Source of the DNA: a virus
Lineage: Duplodnaviria > Caudoviricetes
DNA length: 64,000 nucleotides
Direction: 5' to 3' (one strand)
Virus record (IMG/VR): IMGVR_UViG_3300010376_002108
Location: 1-64,000 of that record
Shown: in pieces, positions 33,048 to 42,397 of the stretch
Layout of the letters: each line of letters starts with the position of its first letter
How positions within the stretch are numbered: position 1 is the stretch's first letter
Translations under genes and position numbers: made by a program
The notes under the pieces: generated by a model
Database searches by the model: none
What the model was told of the DNA's origin: nothing
What the model saw: only the letters and a program-made list of their open reading frames with translations

Positions 33048-33863
33048 GTGCTGTGCCCCGGGCAGGTGTACGAAACCAGCGTGACCGTGCACGGCATCAC
33101 CAGCGCCCCGTCAACAGCGACGCTCACCGTCACCACCCCCGACCAGCAGGTGCAAACCCTCAACGGCCCCTGGACTTGGGAGCAGGACGGCACCGACTGG
33201 ACCGCGTCCTACGACTACCTGCTCACCCAGCCCGGCGCGCACCGGTTCGCGTGGGTCACCCAAGGGCCCGGGACCGCGCCGCCGCCCGAATACGAGAACG
33301 TCCGCAACTTCATCTCGATGGTGTCCACCTCCGACGTGCACCAGCACCTCAACATGACCAGCACAGCCTCCGATGATGAGCTGGCCCGGTACAAGATGGC
33401 CGCCACCGAGCTGGTGGAGGCCAAGGTGGGCACGTGCGTGCCACGGCAGTTCACCGACCCGGTGGACGCCCGCACCGGGCAGACGGTGTGGGAGCTGGTG
33501 CTGCCGCACCGGCCGATCATGTCGATCGTGCAGGTGGCGTCGGTGCTGCCGTCCGGGCCGGTGTGGACGCCGCCCACGGTCGCGGCCGACGCCGACGCGG
33601 GCACGGTCTACCAGCCGGGGCTGTTCCCGTTTTTCTGGGGGCCGTGGGACGTGACCTACACGTGCGGCCGGGCGGTGTACGCCGAACGGCACATCCAGGC
33701 GTGCCTGGAGCAGATCCGGCACCTGTGGGAAACCCAGCGCGGGTCCATGCCGCCCGCGCTGCTCCAGGGCGAGGAAGTGTTCACCGCCACGTCCGGGTGG
33801 TCGTTCACCGTGCCCCGGCGGGTGCTGGAGCTGGTCGAGGAAGACATGGTGCCGAGCATCTGA
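33048..33863 (+). CDS. head-to-tail adaptor/connector with N-terminal Ig-like extension
   Basis: VHQHLNM...DDELARY...ELVEAKVG...VTYTCGR...IQACLEQIRHLWETQRG; position. Confidence 0.8.
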   Translation: MLCPGQVYETSVTVHGITSAPSTATLTVTTPDQQVQTLNGPWTWEQDGTDWTASYDYLLTQPGAHRFAWVTQGPGTAPPPEYENVRNFISMVSTSDVHQHLNMTSTASDDELARYKMAATELVEAKVGTCVPRQFTDPVDARTGQTVWELVLPHRPIMSIVQVASVLPSGPVWTPPTVAADADAGTVYQPGLFPFFWGPWDVTYTCGRAVYAERHIQACLEQIRHLWETQRGSMPPALLQGEEVFTATSGWSFTVPRRVLELVEEDMVPSI

Positions 33864-34318
33864 TGCCCGGGATCTCGACCTGCCCGCAGGTGATGGCCAG
33901 CCTGGTGGCCTGGTTTTCCACGGTGCCGCTGAACGACCCGTCGGACGTGCGGTACGGGCCGCAGCCGACCAACAGCGAGGCGCGGGAGGTTATCTCGGTC
34001 GGGCTGACCGGGCCGTTGGAAGACGCCGCCGTGGAAAACACCACCGCCCAGGAAGGGCTGATGCCCTCCTACCGGGAGAACTACACCATCCACTGCGCGG
34101 TCGCCGTCCTCCAGGGCGACGGCGGCCCGCAGCCCGCAGCCGAGCGGGCGTTCGTCATCCTGGCCGCGTGCACCGCCCTGGTCAACGCCAATTCCAACCT
34201 GGCCGGGGACGCGCTGAACCTGTCCGTGGCGTCGTGGGCGCTGCGGGAAGACCAGACCACCGGCGGCATCAGCCAGCGGCTCCGGTTCGACGTCAACGTG
34301 GACGCGTTCATGCAATAA
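33863..34318 (+). CDS. putative head-closure/tail-completion protein, 151 aa
   Basis: TGATG coupling; RENYTIHC...AERAFVILAA...LRFDVNVDA; position. Confidence 0.6.
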   Translation: MPGISTCPQVMASLVAWFSTVPLNDPSDVRYGPQPTNSEAREVISVGLTGPLEDAAVENTTAQEGLMPSYRENYTIHCAVAVLQGDGGPQPAAERAFVILAACTALVNANSNLAGDALNLSVASWALREDQTTGGISQRLRFDVNVDAFMQ

Positions 34319-34588
34319 GCGGCGCGGGGCTGTGAGAACCAACCTCCTGCCCCGTTGTTCCATTCTCGGCCGCGCCTGGCTGGCACCGGCCTGAGCGCCG
34401 GGTGATTGGCGCACGATACCCTCCGCCCCGCCGGCCCCGCGCCGGCCCCGGGCGGGCGGCAGCAGGCAAACCGTGTGGTGGCCAGCCCGGCTCGCGGTTT
34501 CACACCGCCCGCCTGATCCGGCTGCTCGGCATCGCGCAGGCCAGCCAGCCCATCCCGCCCGGACTGCCCACCCTACAGGGAGCGCCGC

Positions 34589-36328
34589 TTGACGACCTAC
34601 CGGCTGTTCCCCTCCACCAGCGGCCCGTCCACCCCCGTCGCCTACAGCGGCAATTTCATCGCCGGGGTCGTGATCGCGGTCAAAGGCGGCGGCAACTGGT
34701 TCAACGGCTACTACCAGTGGGTGTGCCCGTCCGGGCAGTCCACCAGCCCGGTCAAATGCGCCCTCTGGTCGGTCACCTACGCCGCGAACGGGCACGTCGT
34801 CCCCGGGTCGGTCGTCACGTCGGGCACGCTCACCGCCGGGCAGTGGAATTTCATACCGCTGCCCACACCGGTGCAGCTCGCCCCGTCGCTGGACAGCAAC
34901 GCGTCATTCAACGGGTCCGCCTACATTCCCGCGATCGGCCTGAACGGCGCGTTCCCTGACACGTTTTCCCAGTTCAACTCGGGCGACCTGTACGCGGCCG
35001 GGATCACCGCCGGGCCGCTGTTCGCCTACTCGGGCACCACCGGGTCCAAGATCGCCCCGTATTCGCTGCACCAGGGCGTGTTTTCCACCGCCGGGACGGA
35101 CCCCGCCCTGGTGATGCCGGTCACCCCGGACGGGTCGGGCGACGGCGGGTCGAACCTGTGGGTGGACGCGCAGATCAGCGACACCGCCCCGGCTGGCTAC
35201 TCCGGGTCCTACCGGCTGTGGCCGAACAAGTCCGATGCCAACAGCAATACCAGCGGCGACGCCGCGTTCAACTACACGGTGGGCGACGAGGTGCACCTGG
35301 CCCAGACGTGCACCCTCAACTACGCCTGGTATTTCGTCCCCGCTGCGGCGACCACCAAGGCCACCCGCGCCGACGTGTGGAACCTGTCCGGCACGATCGT
35401 GGCGTCGATCACCTCCCCGTCGTGGCTGAACGCCGACGGCACCCCGTTCGCCAACGGCACCGCCGGCACGGGCGAGCTGGGCGTGTGGGCCAAGACCGCA
35501 TTCGCCGGCGGCACCACGCTGCCCGCCGGGTCCTACCGGGTGACCGTGTTCAACGCCAACGGCACCAGCGACGCCAACTGGAATCCGAAAGACTCCGTCA
35601 CCGACTACTGGGCGCAGACCTTCACCGGCGCCGGGTCCGGCGGCATCACCAACGGGCCTATCTCCGCCCCGGACTGGCCGCACGCCGCATCCGGGTACGT
35701 GTACGGCGGGTCAGCGTCGGACACGCCGCCGTTTTCGACCGGCGGCACGACGATCGCGCACGCCCAGCCGCCATTCGGGCAGAACGGCGGCGGCACCGTG
35801 CAAAACCCGGTGCTGTACGCGGCGGTCGGCGCGGGCACGAATCAGAGCCAGGTCTACTGGACCGATCTTGAAGTAACCCCGCTGGGCACAAACGCCCCGG
35901 CGGGACTGGCGACCGGTGCCGGGGCTGCCCGGCAGCCGTCCGTATCTACATCTGGAGGCACCGGCATGGGAGCCGCGCTCACCGCTCAGTCATTTCCCCC
36001 CGCCGGCGCGGCGGTGGTCTACACCACCAGCGGGTCGGCCACGCCGCTGGCCACGACCGCCAACACGGCGCCTACCGGCTCCGGCCTGGGCCTGCTGGTC
36101 AAGAACGGCGGCGGCTCGCCGGTCACGGTCAACATGACCATTCCGTCCGCGATCACCCTGGACGGGATCGTGCAGACCACCCCCCTGACGATCAGCGTCG
36201 CCGCCGGCGCGGACGAGGTGATCCCGCTGCGCCCGCAACGGTACGCCGACCCCACCATCGGCGGCCTGGCCACGTTCGGCCTGTCTTCCGTCACCTCAGT
36301 GTCGGTTGCCTGCATCAACACCAACTAG
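34589..36328 (+). CDS. DUF4082-like carbohydrate-binding-type protein fused to a C-terminal structural domain (internal start at 35966)
   Basis: Two related beta-rich units (NFIAGVVIAV..WFNGYYQW; NYTVGDEVH..LNYAWYF); TTG start with GGGAG; in-frame GGAGG-N8-ATG at 35966. Confidence 0.6.
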   Translation: MTTYRLFPSTSGPSTPVAYSGNFIAGVVIAVKGGGNWFNGYYQWVCPSGQSTSPVKCALWSVTYAANGHVVPGSVVTSGTLTAGQWNFIPLPTPVQLAPSLDSNASFNGSAYIPAIGLNGAFPDTFSQFNSGDLYAAGITAGPLFAYSGTTGSKIAPYSLHQGVFSTAGTDPALVMPVTPDGSGDGGSNLWVDAQISDTAPAGYSGSYRLWPNKSDANSNTSGDAAFNYTVGDEVHLAQTCTLNYAWYFVPAAATTKATRADVWNLSGTIVASITSPSWLNADGTPFANGTAGTGELGVWAKTAFAGGTTLPAGSYRVTVFNANGTSDANWNPKDSVTDYWAQTFTGAGSGGITNGPISAPDWPHAASGYVYGGSASDTPPFSTGGTTIAHAQPPFGQNGGGTVQNPVLYAAVGAGTNQSQVYWTDLEVTPLGTNAPAGLATGAGAARQPSVSTSGGTGMGAALTAQSFPPAGAAVVYTTSGSATPLATTANTAPTGSGLGLLVKNGGGSPVTVNMTIPSAITLDGIVQTTPLTISVAAGADEVIPLRPQRYADPTIGGLATFGLSSVTSVSVACINTN

Positions 36329-36340
36329 GGAGAGCCCCGG

Positions 36341-36601
36341 ATGAGCGAGCCAGAGCCCGAGCCGGACACCACCACCGCGCTGATCATCAATCCCGCCCTC
36401 GGCCCGGACAGCGTCACCGAGGTACCCCGGTCGTCGCTGGTGCACCACTACCGCGCCGGGTGGCGCCCGCTGGCCCCCGACGAAGGGCCCAAACCGGAAG
36501 CCGGAGTGGGCACGCCCGAGGCCGTGTCCCGCGCGGACGTGGCCAAGCAGCACAGCAGCAGGCGCGGCGCTAAGGCCGCCAAGCAAGAGAGCGAGGACTA
36601 G
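36341..36601 (+). CDS. hypothetical protein, 86 aa
   Basis: GGGAG SD; VPRSSLVHHYRAGWRP. Confidence 0.65.
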   Translation: MSEPEPEPDTTTALIINPALGPDSVTEVPRSSLVHHYRAGWRPLAPDEGPKPEAGVGTPEAVSRADVAKQHSSRRGAKAAKQESED

Positions 36602-36603
36602 AA

Positions 36604-37083
36604 GTGGTTGCGACGCCGATCGGCCTGTCCACCCGGTACATCCCCGAGGGCACGGTCAAGTTCTACTGGGTGGTGTCGATCGCCACCTACACCTCCCCGA
36701 CCCGGGCCGAGCTGAACGCGGGCACCGACCTGTCGCCGCAGATCGCCGCGATGGGCGACTGGGACGTCACCGCAACCCCGATCGCGGCCCCGGACCTGGT
36801 GTCCACGTTCGTGTCGCAGATCGCGGGCACGGTCGCGGCCAACAACACCACCCTCGACATGTACGCCGACCAGGCCACCAGCGACGCGCGGACGCTGATG
36901 CCCCGCAACTCGACCGGGTACATCGTCAAATTCATGGGCGGCGACGTCACCGGCCGCAAGATGGACGTGTTCCCCGTCACGGTCGCGGCGGCGGCGAAGG
37001 CCACCACGCTCACCACGCCGGTGGTCATCTCATTCACCTACGTCGCCACGCGGATCCCCGCCGAAGACGTGGCTGTTCCCTGA
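36604..37083 (+). CDS. major tail (tube) protein
   Basis: SPTRAELNAGTDLS...PDLVSTFVSQIAG...GYIV...DVFPVTV; directly precedes the chaperone pair. Confidence 0.8.
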   Translation: MVATPIGLSTRYIPEGTVKFYWVVSIATYTSPTRAELNAGTDLSPQIAAMGDWDVTATPIAAPDLVSTFVSQIAGTVAANNTTLDMYADQATSDARTLMPRNSTGYIVKFMGGDVTGRKMDVFPVTVAAAAKATTLTTPVVISFTYVATRIPAEDVAVP

Positions 37084-37098
37084 CCGGAGGTTCACTCG

Positions 37099-37521
37099 AT
37101 GGCGCTGCTCACTGCTGAGGCAATCCTCAAGGCCGACGACCGCAAGATCGAAGTCGTCTCTGTCCCGGAATGGGGAGGCGAGGTGGCGATCCGGGGCCTG
37201 GACGGGCTCGGCCGCGACGACTATTACGCCTCCCTGGCCGACCTGCGCGCCGGGCGCGGCGGCGCGCAGGCCCGCGCGAACATCCGCAACGCGATGGCCC
37301 GCCTGCTGGTGCTGTGCATCGTCAACAGCACCGACCCCGATGAGGCCCAGCCCATGTTCACCGTCGATCAGGTGTGGGAGCTGGGGAAGAAATCCGCTGC
37401 CGCCCTGTCCCGGTGCGAGGACGTGGCGATGCGCCTGTCCGGCATGTCCGAGGACGAGGTGAAGCTGATGGGGGAAGGCTCCGCGACCCCGGCGATGAAC
37501 GGCGATTCTACTTCGAGCTAG
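37099..37521 (+). CDS. tail assembly chaperone (gpG-like)
   Basis: LLTAEAILKADD...VPEWGGEVAIRGL; position; slippery site near the 3' end. Confidence 0.85.
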   Translation: MALLTAEAILKADDRKIEVVSVPEWGGEVAIRGLDGLGRDDYYASLADLRAGRGGAQARANIRNAMARLLVLCIVNSTDPDEAQPMFTVDQVWELGKKSAAALSRCEDVAMRLSGMSEDEVKLMGEGSATPAMNGDSTSS

Positions 37522-37682
37522 CCGAGAAGCTGGGCATGACCGTCGCCACTCTGCTGGCGACGGTCAGCTCACGCGAGCTGGCCGAGTGGGCGGAGTTCTA
37601 CCAGATCCGGGCGGAGGAAGCGGCCGAGGCGTCCGGGCCGAAACCGCCGGGCAAGCCGCCGCCTGCCGCGCTTTCGTCCTAG
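37470..37682 (+). CDS. tail assembly chaperone -1 frameshift extension (gpT-like)
   Basis: G GGG GAA at 37470-37476; -1 frame reads RRFYFELAEKLGMTVATLL...SRELAEWAEF. Confidence 0.8.
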   Translation, partial: GGRLRDPGDERRFYFELAEKLGMTVATLLATVSSRELAEWAEFYQIRAEEAAEASGPKPPGKPPPAALSS

Positions 37683-37807
37683 CTACCGACGTGGGACAAG
37701 ATCAGCGCCAGCAGCAGCACGATCACCGGCACCAGGGCGATCCGCACCCACACTGACGGGCGGCGCCACCACGGGCGCGGCCGGGTGTTCTCGGTGGCCA
37801 TTGTCAT
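37679..37807 (-). CDS. 42-aa single-TM peptide inside the tail operon (not in ORF track)
   Basis: MTMATENTRPRPWWRRPSVWVRIALVPVIVLLLALILSHVGS; own TATACT-N7-GGAGAGGAAG cassette at 37810-37832. Confidence 0.75.
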   Translation of the reverse strand: MTMATENTRPRPWWRRPSVWVRIALVPVIVLLLALILSHVGS

Positions 37808-37842
37808 CACTTCCTCTCCGCAGCCCAGTATACGGAGGCCCC

Positions 37843-38403
37843 GTGGCCGAGGTTCGCTTGACCGGCACCGGCCCGGCGGAACTGAAGATACTCGCTGCCC
37901 GGCTGCGCACCGCCGACCCGGAACTGAAACGCGACCTGCGCAGGCGATTCCGCTCGGCTGCGGGCGACGCCGCTGATGCGGTGCAGCGGTCCGCGCTAGC
38001 GCTGCCCGCCGAGAAATACCAGGAAGGGCTGCGGGCGCAAGTGGCGGCCACGATCCGCGTCGAAACCCGCATCACCAGGAGCGGCATCACGGTGAGCATC
38101 GTCAGCGACGGCCGGCGCATGCCGCCGGGCAAGGCAAGCCTGCCCCGGCACATGGACTCCCCGAAAGGCTGGTCGCATCCGGTGTTCCCGCAGGGCCCCC
38201 GGTTCCGGCTGCGCCCGTCCCGCGCCGCCCGGTACATCGGCATCCGCGCATCCAAGCGCCCGCTGGTGCACGAGGGCAACTGGACGTGGGTACACGAGAT
38301 GTCCCGCCCGTTCTGGTTTGAGCAGCCCATCATGGACCGGCAGCGGCAACTGACCGACGCGCTCCAGCGGGCGGTCAACGACACGCAGGCGAAGCTGGCC
38401 TAG
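37843..38403 (+). CDS. putative tail-associated protein (HK97 gp10-like position/character), 186 aa
   Basis: GGAGG SD; ELKILAARLR...WSHPVF...RPFWFEQP...LQRAV. Confidence 0.7.
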   Translation: MAEVRLTGTGPAELKILAARLRTADPELKRDLRRRFRSAAGDAADAVQRSALALPAEKYQEGLRAQVAATIRVETRITRSGITVSIVSDGRRMPPGKASLPRHMDSPKGWSHPVFPQGPRFRLRPSRAARYIGIRASKRPLVHEGNWTWVHEMSRPFWFEQPIMDRQRQLTDALQRAVNDTQAKLA

Positions 38404-38404
38404 C

Positions 38405-41400
38405 GTGCCGACCAACATCATCCGGTTCGTCCTCGACGTGGTCGAGCACGGCGGCGGCAATTTCGACAAGGTCGCCCGGCAGATGGACGGCGCGACGCGG
38501 GCGGCCGACCGCAACGCCAAGGCGATGGACGCGCAGGCCACCGTCATCCGCCGCGCCGACGAGACGATGGCCCAGTATTACAAGCGGCTGACCCTCGGCG
38601 GCGGCATCGCCCAGGCGTTCGCCAAGAGCAACGACCAGGTCGGCCGGTCGGTGGACCGCACCCGGGCCAGCGTGGACCGGTCCACCCGCTCCTACGGGGC
38701 GCACACGTCGGCGGTCGCCAAAACCGATCACGCGGTGCGGGACCTGGGCACGACGATCACCGGCACCGGCAAGGCGATGGACCTGTTCAGCTTCCGCCGC
38801 AACAAGTTCGCCGCCGCGCTGGCCGCGATCGACCTGGGCACCGGGTTCGCGGAAACCGCCATGTCCGGGCTGGGCCTGGCGGTCGGCGCGGCGGCGTCGA
38901 TGTTCACGATCGGCGCGGCCGGGATCGGCGCGTACGCGGCGGCGGCGCTGCCCGCGATCACGCAGGTTGCCAAGCTCCAGAAGCTCCAGGCGCAGGCGGC
39001 CACCGGGTCGAAGACGGCGCAGGCGCAGCTCCGCGCGGAGATGAAAAAGACCGGCCCGGCGGTGCTGGAATTCAGCAAGGACCTGACCGGCGCCCGGTCG
39101 GCGTACGCCGACTGGGGCAAGTCGCTGTCCGCGCCGGTGCTCGCGCCGCTGGACAAGGCGCTGACCCTGGTCAAGCCGCTGCTGCACGACATCACCCCGC
39201 TGGTGCACCAGGCCGCTGACGCGTTCAACGTGCTGATGGGCCAGTTCGCGGACTCGGTGCACGGCGGCGGCCTGTCCCGCTGGGTGGATTCGATCAAGCG
39301 GTACGTGTTCCCGATCCTGGTCAACCTGGGTGACGCGGTCGGGCACGTGATCACCGGCATCGGCTTCCTGGCCCGCGATTTCGCCCCGTTCGCCACCAAG
39401 ATGAGCATGGGCCTGGCCGACCTGACCAAGCGGTTTTCCGACTGGGCCAAGACCCTCACCTCGCACACCGGGTTTCAGTCGATGGTGGACCGGTGGCGCC
39501 AGCAGTGGCCGCTGCTGCGGCAAGGGCTGGGCGACCTGGTCAAGATCTTGTACAACATCGTGCGGAACCTGGCCGCCGCGTCCACGCCGGCCAACTCCAA
39601 GGCGCTGTGGGAAATCGCCAACCCGCTGCTCGCCCTGGCCGTGCGGCTGTCGGGCAGCCCGCAGCTTGTCCAGGTGCTCTCCTACATCCTGCTGATCGGC
39701 GCGGCCCGGTCGAAGATCCTGCCGGTGTTTGAGTCGATGAAAACCGGGTGGAACAGCTTCGCCAAGATCCTGTCCCTGCTGACCGGCGGCAAGATCAACC
39801 TGGGCCTGGCCGGGTCGGCGGACACGATGGAAGTCGCGGCCAAGCAGATGAACCTGGCCGCTGACAAGATGCTGGAAGCCTCCCGGGGCGGTTTCGGCGG
39901 CGCGGGCGGCGGTGCGGCCGGGTCGGCGGAGCGGGCGGCGGAAAAGGACGCGGCTGCCGCAGCCGAGGGCGCCGCCGGGGGTGCCGGGATCAAGGGCCTG
40001 CTGGGCAAGCTCGGCTCCGGTGCCATGGGCCTGGCCGTGCCGGTCGGCGGCGGCCTGCTGCTGTACGGCACGGTAGTCGCGCCCGTGCTCAAGTCGATTT
40101 CGTCTGGGCCGAGGGGGAAGAACTGGTTCGACAACCCGTTCGGCATGCCCGGCCCCAACGACCCCCGGTCGCGGAACAACTGGCTGACCTCGTTCGCGCC
40201 GTACGAGCGGCTGTTCCACACCGGCACCGCCGGGCCGCAGATCAGCCCGGCGACGTCCCGGTTCGCCGGCCCGGGGCTGGCCGGGGAGATTCAGGCTCTC
40301 GGCCGGGCGCGGCAGGCCGAGGCGAGGGCAGCCGACCAGGCGAAGGTGTACCAGGACGTGCTGGACCGGCTGAGCCGGTCGGTGCGCGGCGGGGCGTCCC
40401 TTCAGGATTCGTACGCGGTGGCGCTGACCAAGTCGGGCCAGTCCACGCTCGGCGCCAAGACGCTGATTGACGAGTACACGACGGCGATCATCAATAACGG
40501 TGACCGGTCGGCGCAGGCGAAGGCGATCCGGGCGCAGCTCATCACCGATTTCGAGCGCCAGGGCGTGTCCGCGAAAGACGCCACCCGGCTGGTCGGGGTG
40601 CTCACCGCCGGGATCGACAAGGAAGGCACCAGCGCGGCGGCTAAACGGCGGGCGCGGCTCAACTTGATTCAGGATTTCATCGACTCGGGCACGAGGGCCC
40701 GTACCGCCGCCCGGCTGGTGGACGCCATGGCCAAGTCGGTGTCGGGCAACGGCACGGCCATGTCCAACGCGCGGGCCGCGCGGCGCAACTTCATCAATGA
40801 CCTGATCGCGGTCGGGGTGAAGGCCCCGCAGGCTCGCGCCGACGTGGCCAGCTACACCACGGCGGTGCAGCGGAACGGGGTCAACTCCGACCAGGCGAAG
40901 AACGCCCGGCGGCGGCTCATTGATGACTTGCACCAGGCCGGGGTGGACTCGAAAACCTCGGCCAAGCTGGTGTGGGACCTGACCGGGGCGATCGAGAAAA
41001 TCCCCAAGTCGCGGCACGTGGACATCCTGGTCACCGCGTCGGGCGGCTGGTCGCGGACGTTCCTGCACGACATGAAAACCGTGTACCACGCCGCCGGGCA
41101 GAATTTCGCCCCCGGCGGCATGGCCATCCACCCGGGCATGAAAGCCGGCGGCGGCCCGATCACCGGCGGCACCACGGCCACCGCTGACGACGTGCCCCTG
41201 TGGGCGTCACGCGGCGAGTACATGGTCAAGGCCGCGTCGCATTACAAGTACGGGTCGAAGGCGATGGACGCGGTCAACGCCGGCCGGGCGTCGATCGTCG
41301 TGCCGCAGGGCTACGCCCGGGGCGGGTCGGTGGCCGCCCGCGCCAGCCTGGCCGCCGCGCCGCAGTACGTGGCCACCCGGTACGCCCAGTCCACCGCCAA

Positions 41401-42397
41401 CGCCGAAGACGCGATGGCAGCAGTCACCGCGCCGCTGGTCCGGGCCACCGAGAAACTGGCCCACCAGCTCGCCGCCGGCGGGTTCGCCATCGTCCGCGAG
41501 GCGATGCGCTGGCTAGGCCAGGTGCCGTACGTGTGGGGCGGCACGGCGGTGCCCGGCGGCGCCGACTGCTCCGGGTTCGTGTCCAACATGTACCAGCGGT
41601 TCGGCATCTTCCCGCCGCGCACGTCCGAGGCGCAGGGCGCGTGGGTGAAACACGGGCCGCCGACCCCCGGCGGGCTGGCGTTCTACCATTCCCCGGCCGG
41701 CGGCGCCGACCCGGGGCACGTGGCGATCGTCGGGTTCGGCGGCAAGGTCATCTCCCAGGGCGGCGGGATGGGGCCGCAACTGGAAAACCTGCGGTTCCTG
41801 CCGCTGCTGTGGACCGGCACCCCGCCCGGCGGGTTCCACCCGCAGGCCGGCGGCGGCGGGTTCGCCCACCGGGCGGGCGCGTGGACGCTGGGCGGCCTGG
41901 AAAGACTGTGGGACTCGGTCGGCGGGCCGCCGAGCAAGGCGCGGCTGATGGCCGCTATCGGCCTGGCCGAATCCGCCGGCGACCCGCTGGCACGCGGCCC
42001 GTCAACCGCGTACGGCCGGGCGGCCGGCTTGTGGCAGATCCTCGGCCTGCCGTTCCCCGGTAACCCGTTCAACCCGACGACGAACGCGCGGATGGCCCTG
42101 GCCAAGTACCGGTCGCAAGGGCTGGGCGCGTGGGCCACCTACGACTCCGGGGCGTACCGGCAGTTCTACAAGACCGGCGCGTGGTCGGTGCCCAGGACCG
42201 AGCCGGCCGTGGTGCACCGGGGGGAGATGATCGTGCCCGCTGACCTGGCGGAGACGGTGCGGTCGGCGCTGACCGGCCACCCGGGCGGCCCGTACGCCCT
42301 CCAGCACGTCGAAAACCAGGTGATCAACGAGACGGTGGACCCGCTGCTGGTCGCCCAGCAGATTTCCCGCCTGGTACCCCGGGCCGGGTTCGGATGA
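38405..42397 (+). CDS. tape measure protein with C-terminal NlpC/P60 and lytic transglycosylase-like domains
   Basis: Long helical Ala-rich body; DDVPLWASRGEY; VPYVWGG..DCSG..GHVAI; AIGLAESAG..GLWQI..NARMA..GAWATY. Confidence 0.92.
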   Translation: MPTNIIRFVLDVVEHGGGNFDKVARQMDGATRAADRNAKAMDAQATVIRRADETMAQYYKRLTLGGGIAQAFAKSNDQVGRSVDRTRASVDRSTRSYGAHTSAVAKTDHAVRDLGTTITGTGKAMDLFSFRRNKFAAALAAIDLGTGFAETAMSGLGLAVGAAASMFTIGAAGIGAYAAAALPAITQVAKLQKLQAQAATGSKTAQAQLRAEMKKTGPAVLEFSKDLTGARSAYADWGKSLSAPVLAPLDKALTLVKPLLHDITPLVHQAADAFNVLMGQFADSVHGGGLSRWVDSIKRYVFPILVNLGDAVGHVITGIGFLARDFAPFATKMSMGLADLTKRFSDWAKTLTSHTGFQSMVDRWRQQWPLLRQGLGDLVKILYNIVRNLAAASTPANSKALWEIANPLLALAVRLSGSPQLVQVLSYILLIGAARSKILPVFESMKTGWNSFAKILSLLTGGKINLGLAGSADTMEVAAKQMNLAADKMLEASRGGFGGAGGGAAGSAERAAEKDAAAAAEGAAGGAGIKGLLGKLGSGAMGLAVPVGGGLLLYGTVVAPVLKSISSGPRGKNWFDNPFGMPGPNDPRSRNNWLTSFAPYERLFHTGTAGPQISPATSRFAGPGLAGEIQALGRARQAEARAADQAKVYQDVLDRLSRSVRGGASLQDSYAVALTKSGQSTLGAKTLIDEYTTAIINNGDRSAQAKAIRAQLITDFERQGVSAKDATRLVGVLTAGIDKEGTSAAAKRRARLNLIQDFIDSGTRARTAARLVDAMAKSVSGNGTAMSNARAARRNFINDLIAVGVKAPQARADVASYTTAVQRNGVNSDQAKNARRRLIDDLHQAGVDSKTSAKLVWDLTGAIEKIPKSRHVDILVTASGGWSRTFLHDMKTVYHAAGQNFAPGGMAIHPGMKAGGGPITGGTTATADDVPLWASRGEYMVKAASHYKYGSKAMDAVNAGRASIVVPQGYARGGSVAARASLAAAPQYVATRYAQSTANAEDAMAAVTAPLVRATEKLAHQLAAGGFAIVREAMRWLGQVPYVWGGTAVPGGADCSGFVSNMYQRFGIFPPRTSEAQGAWVKHGPPTPGGLAFYHSPAGGADPGHVAIVGFGGKVISQGGGMGPQLENLRFLPLLWTGTPPGGFHPQAGGGGFAHRAGAWTLGGLERLWDSVGGPPSKARLMAAIGLAESAGDPLARGPSTAYGRAAGLWQILGLPFPGNPFNPTTNARMALAKYRSQGLGAWATYDSGAYRQFYKTGAWSVPRTEPAVVHRGEMIVPADLAETVRSALTGHPGGPYALQHVENQVINETVDPLLVAQQISRLVPRAGFG

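Noticed and set aside
34440-34515. c-di-GMP-I riboswitch (GGCAAACC seed)
   Set aside because: No GNRA tetraloop/receptor and no downstream conserved junction; kept only as an unnamed structured region.
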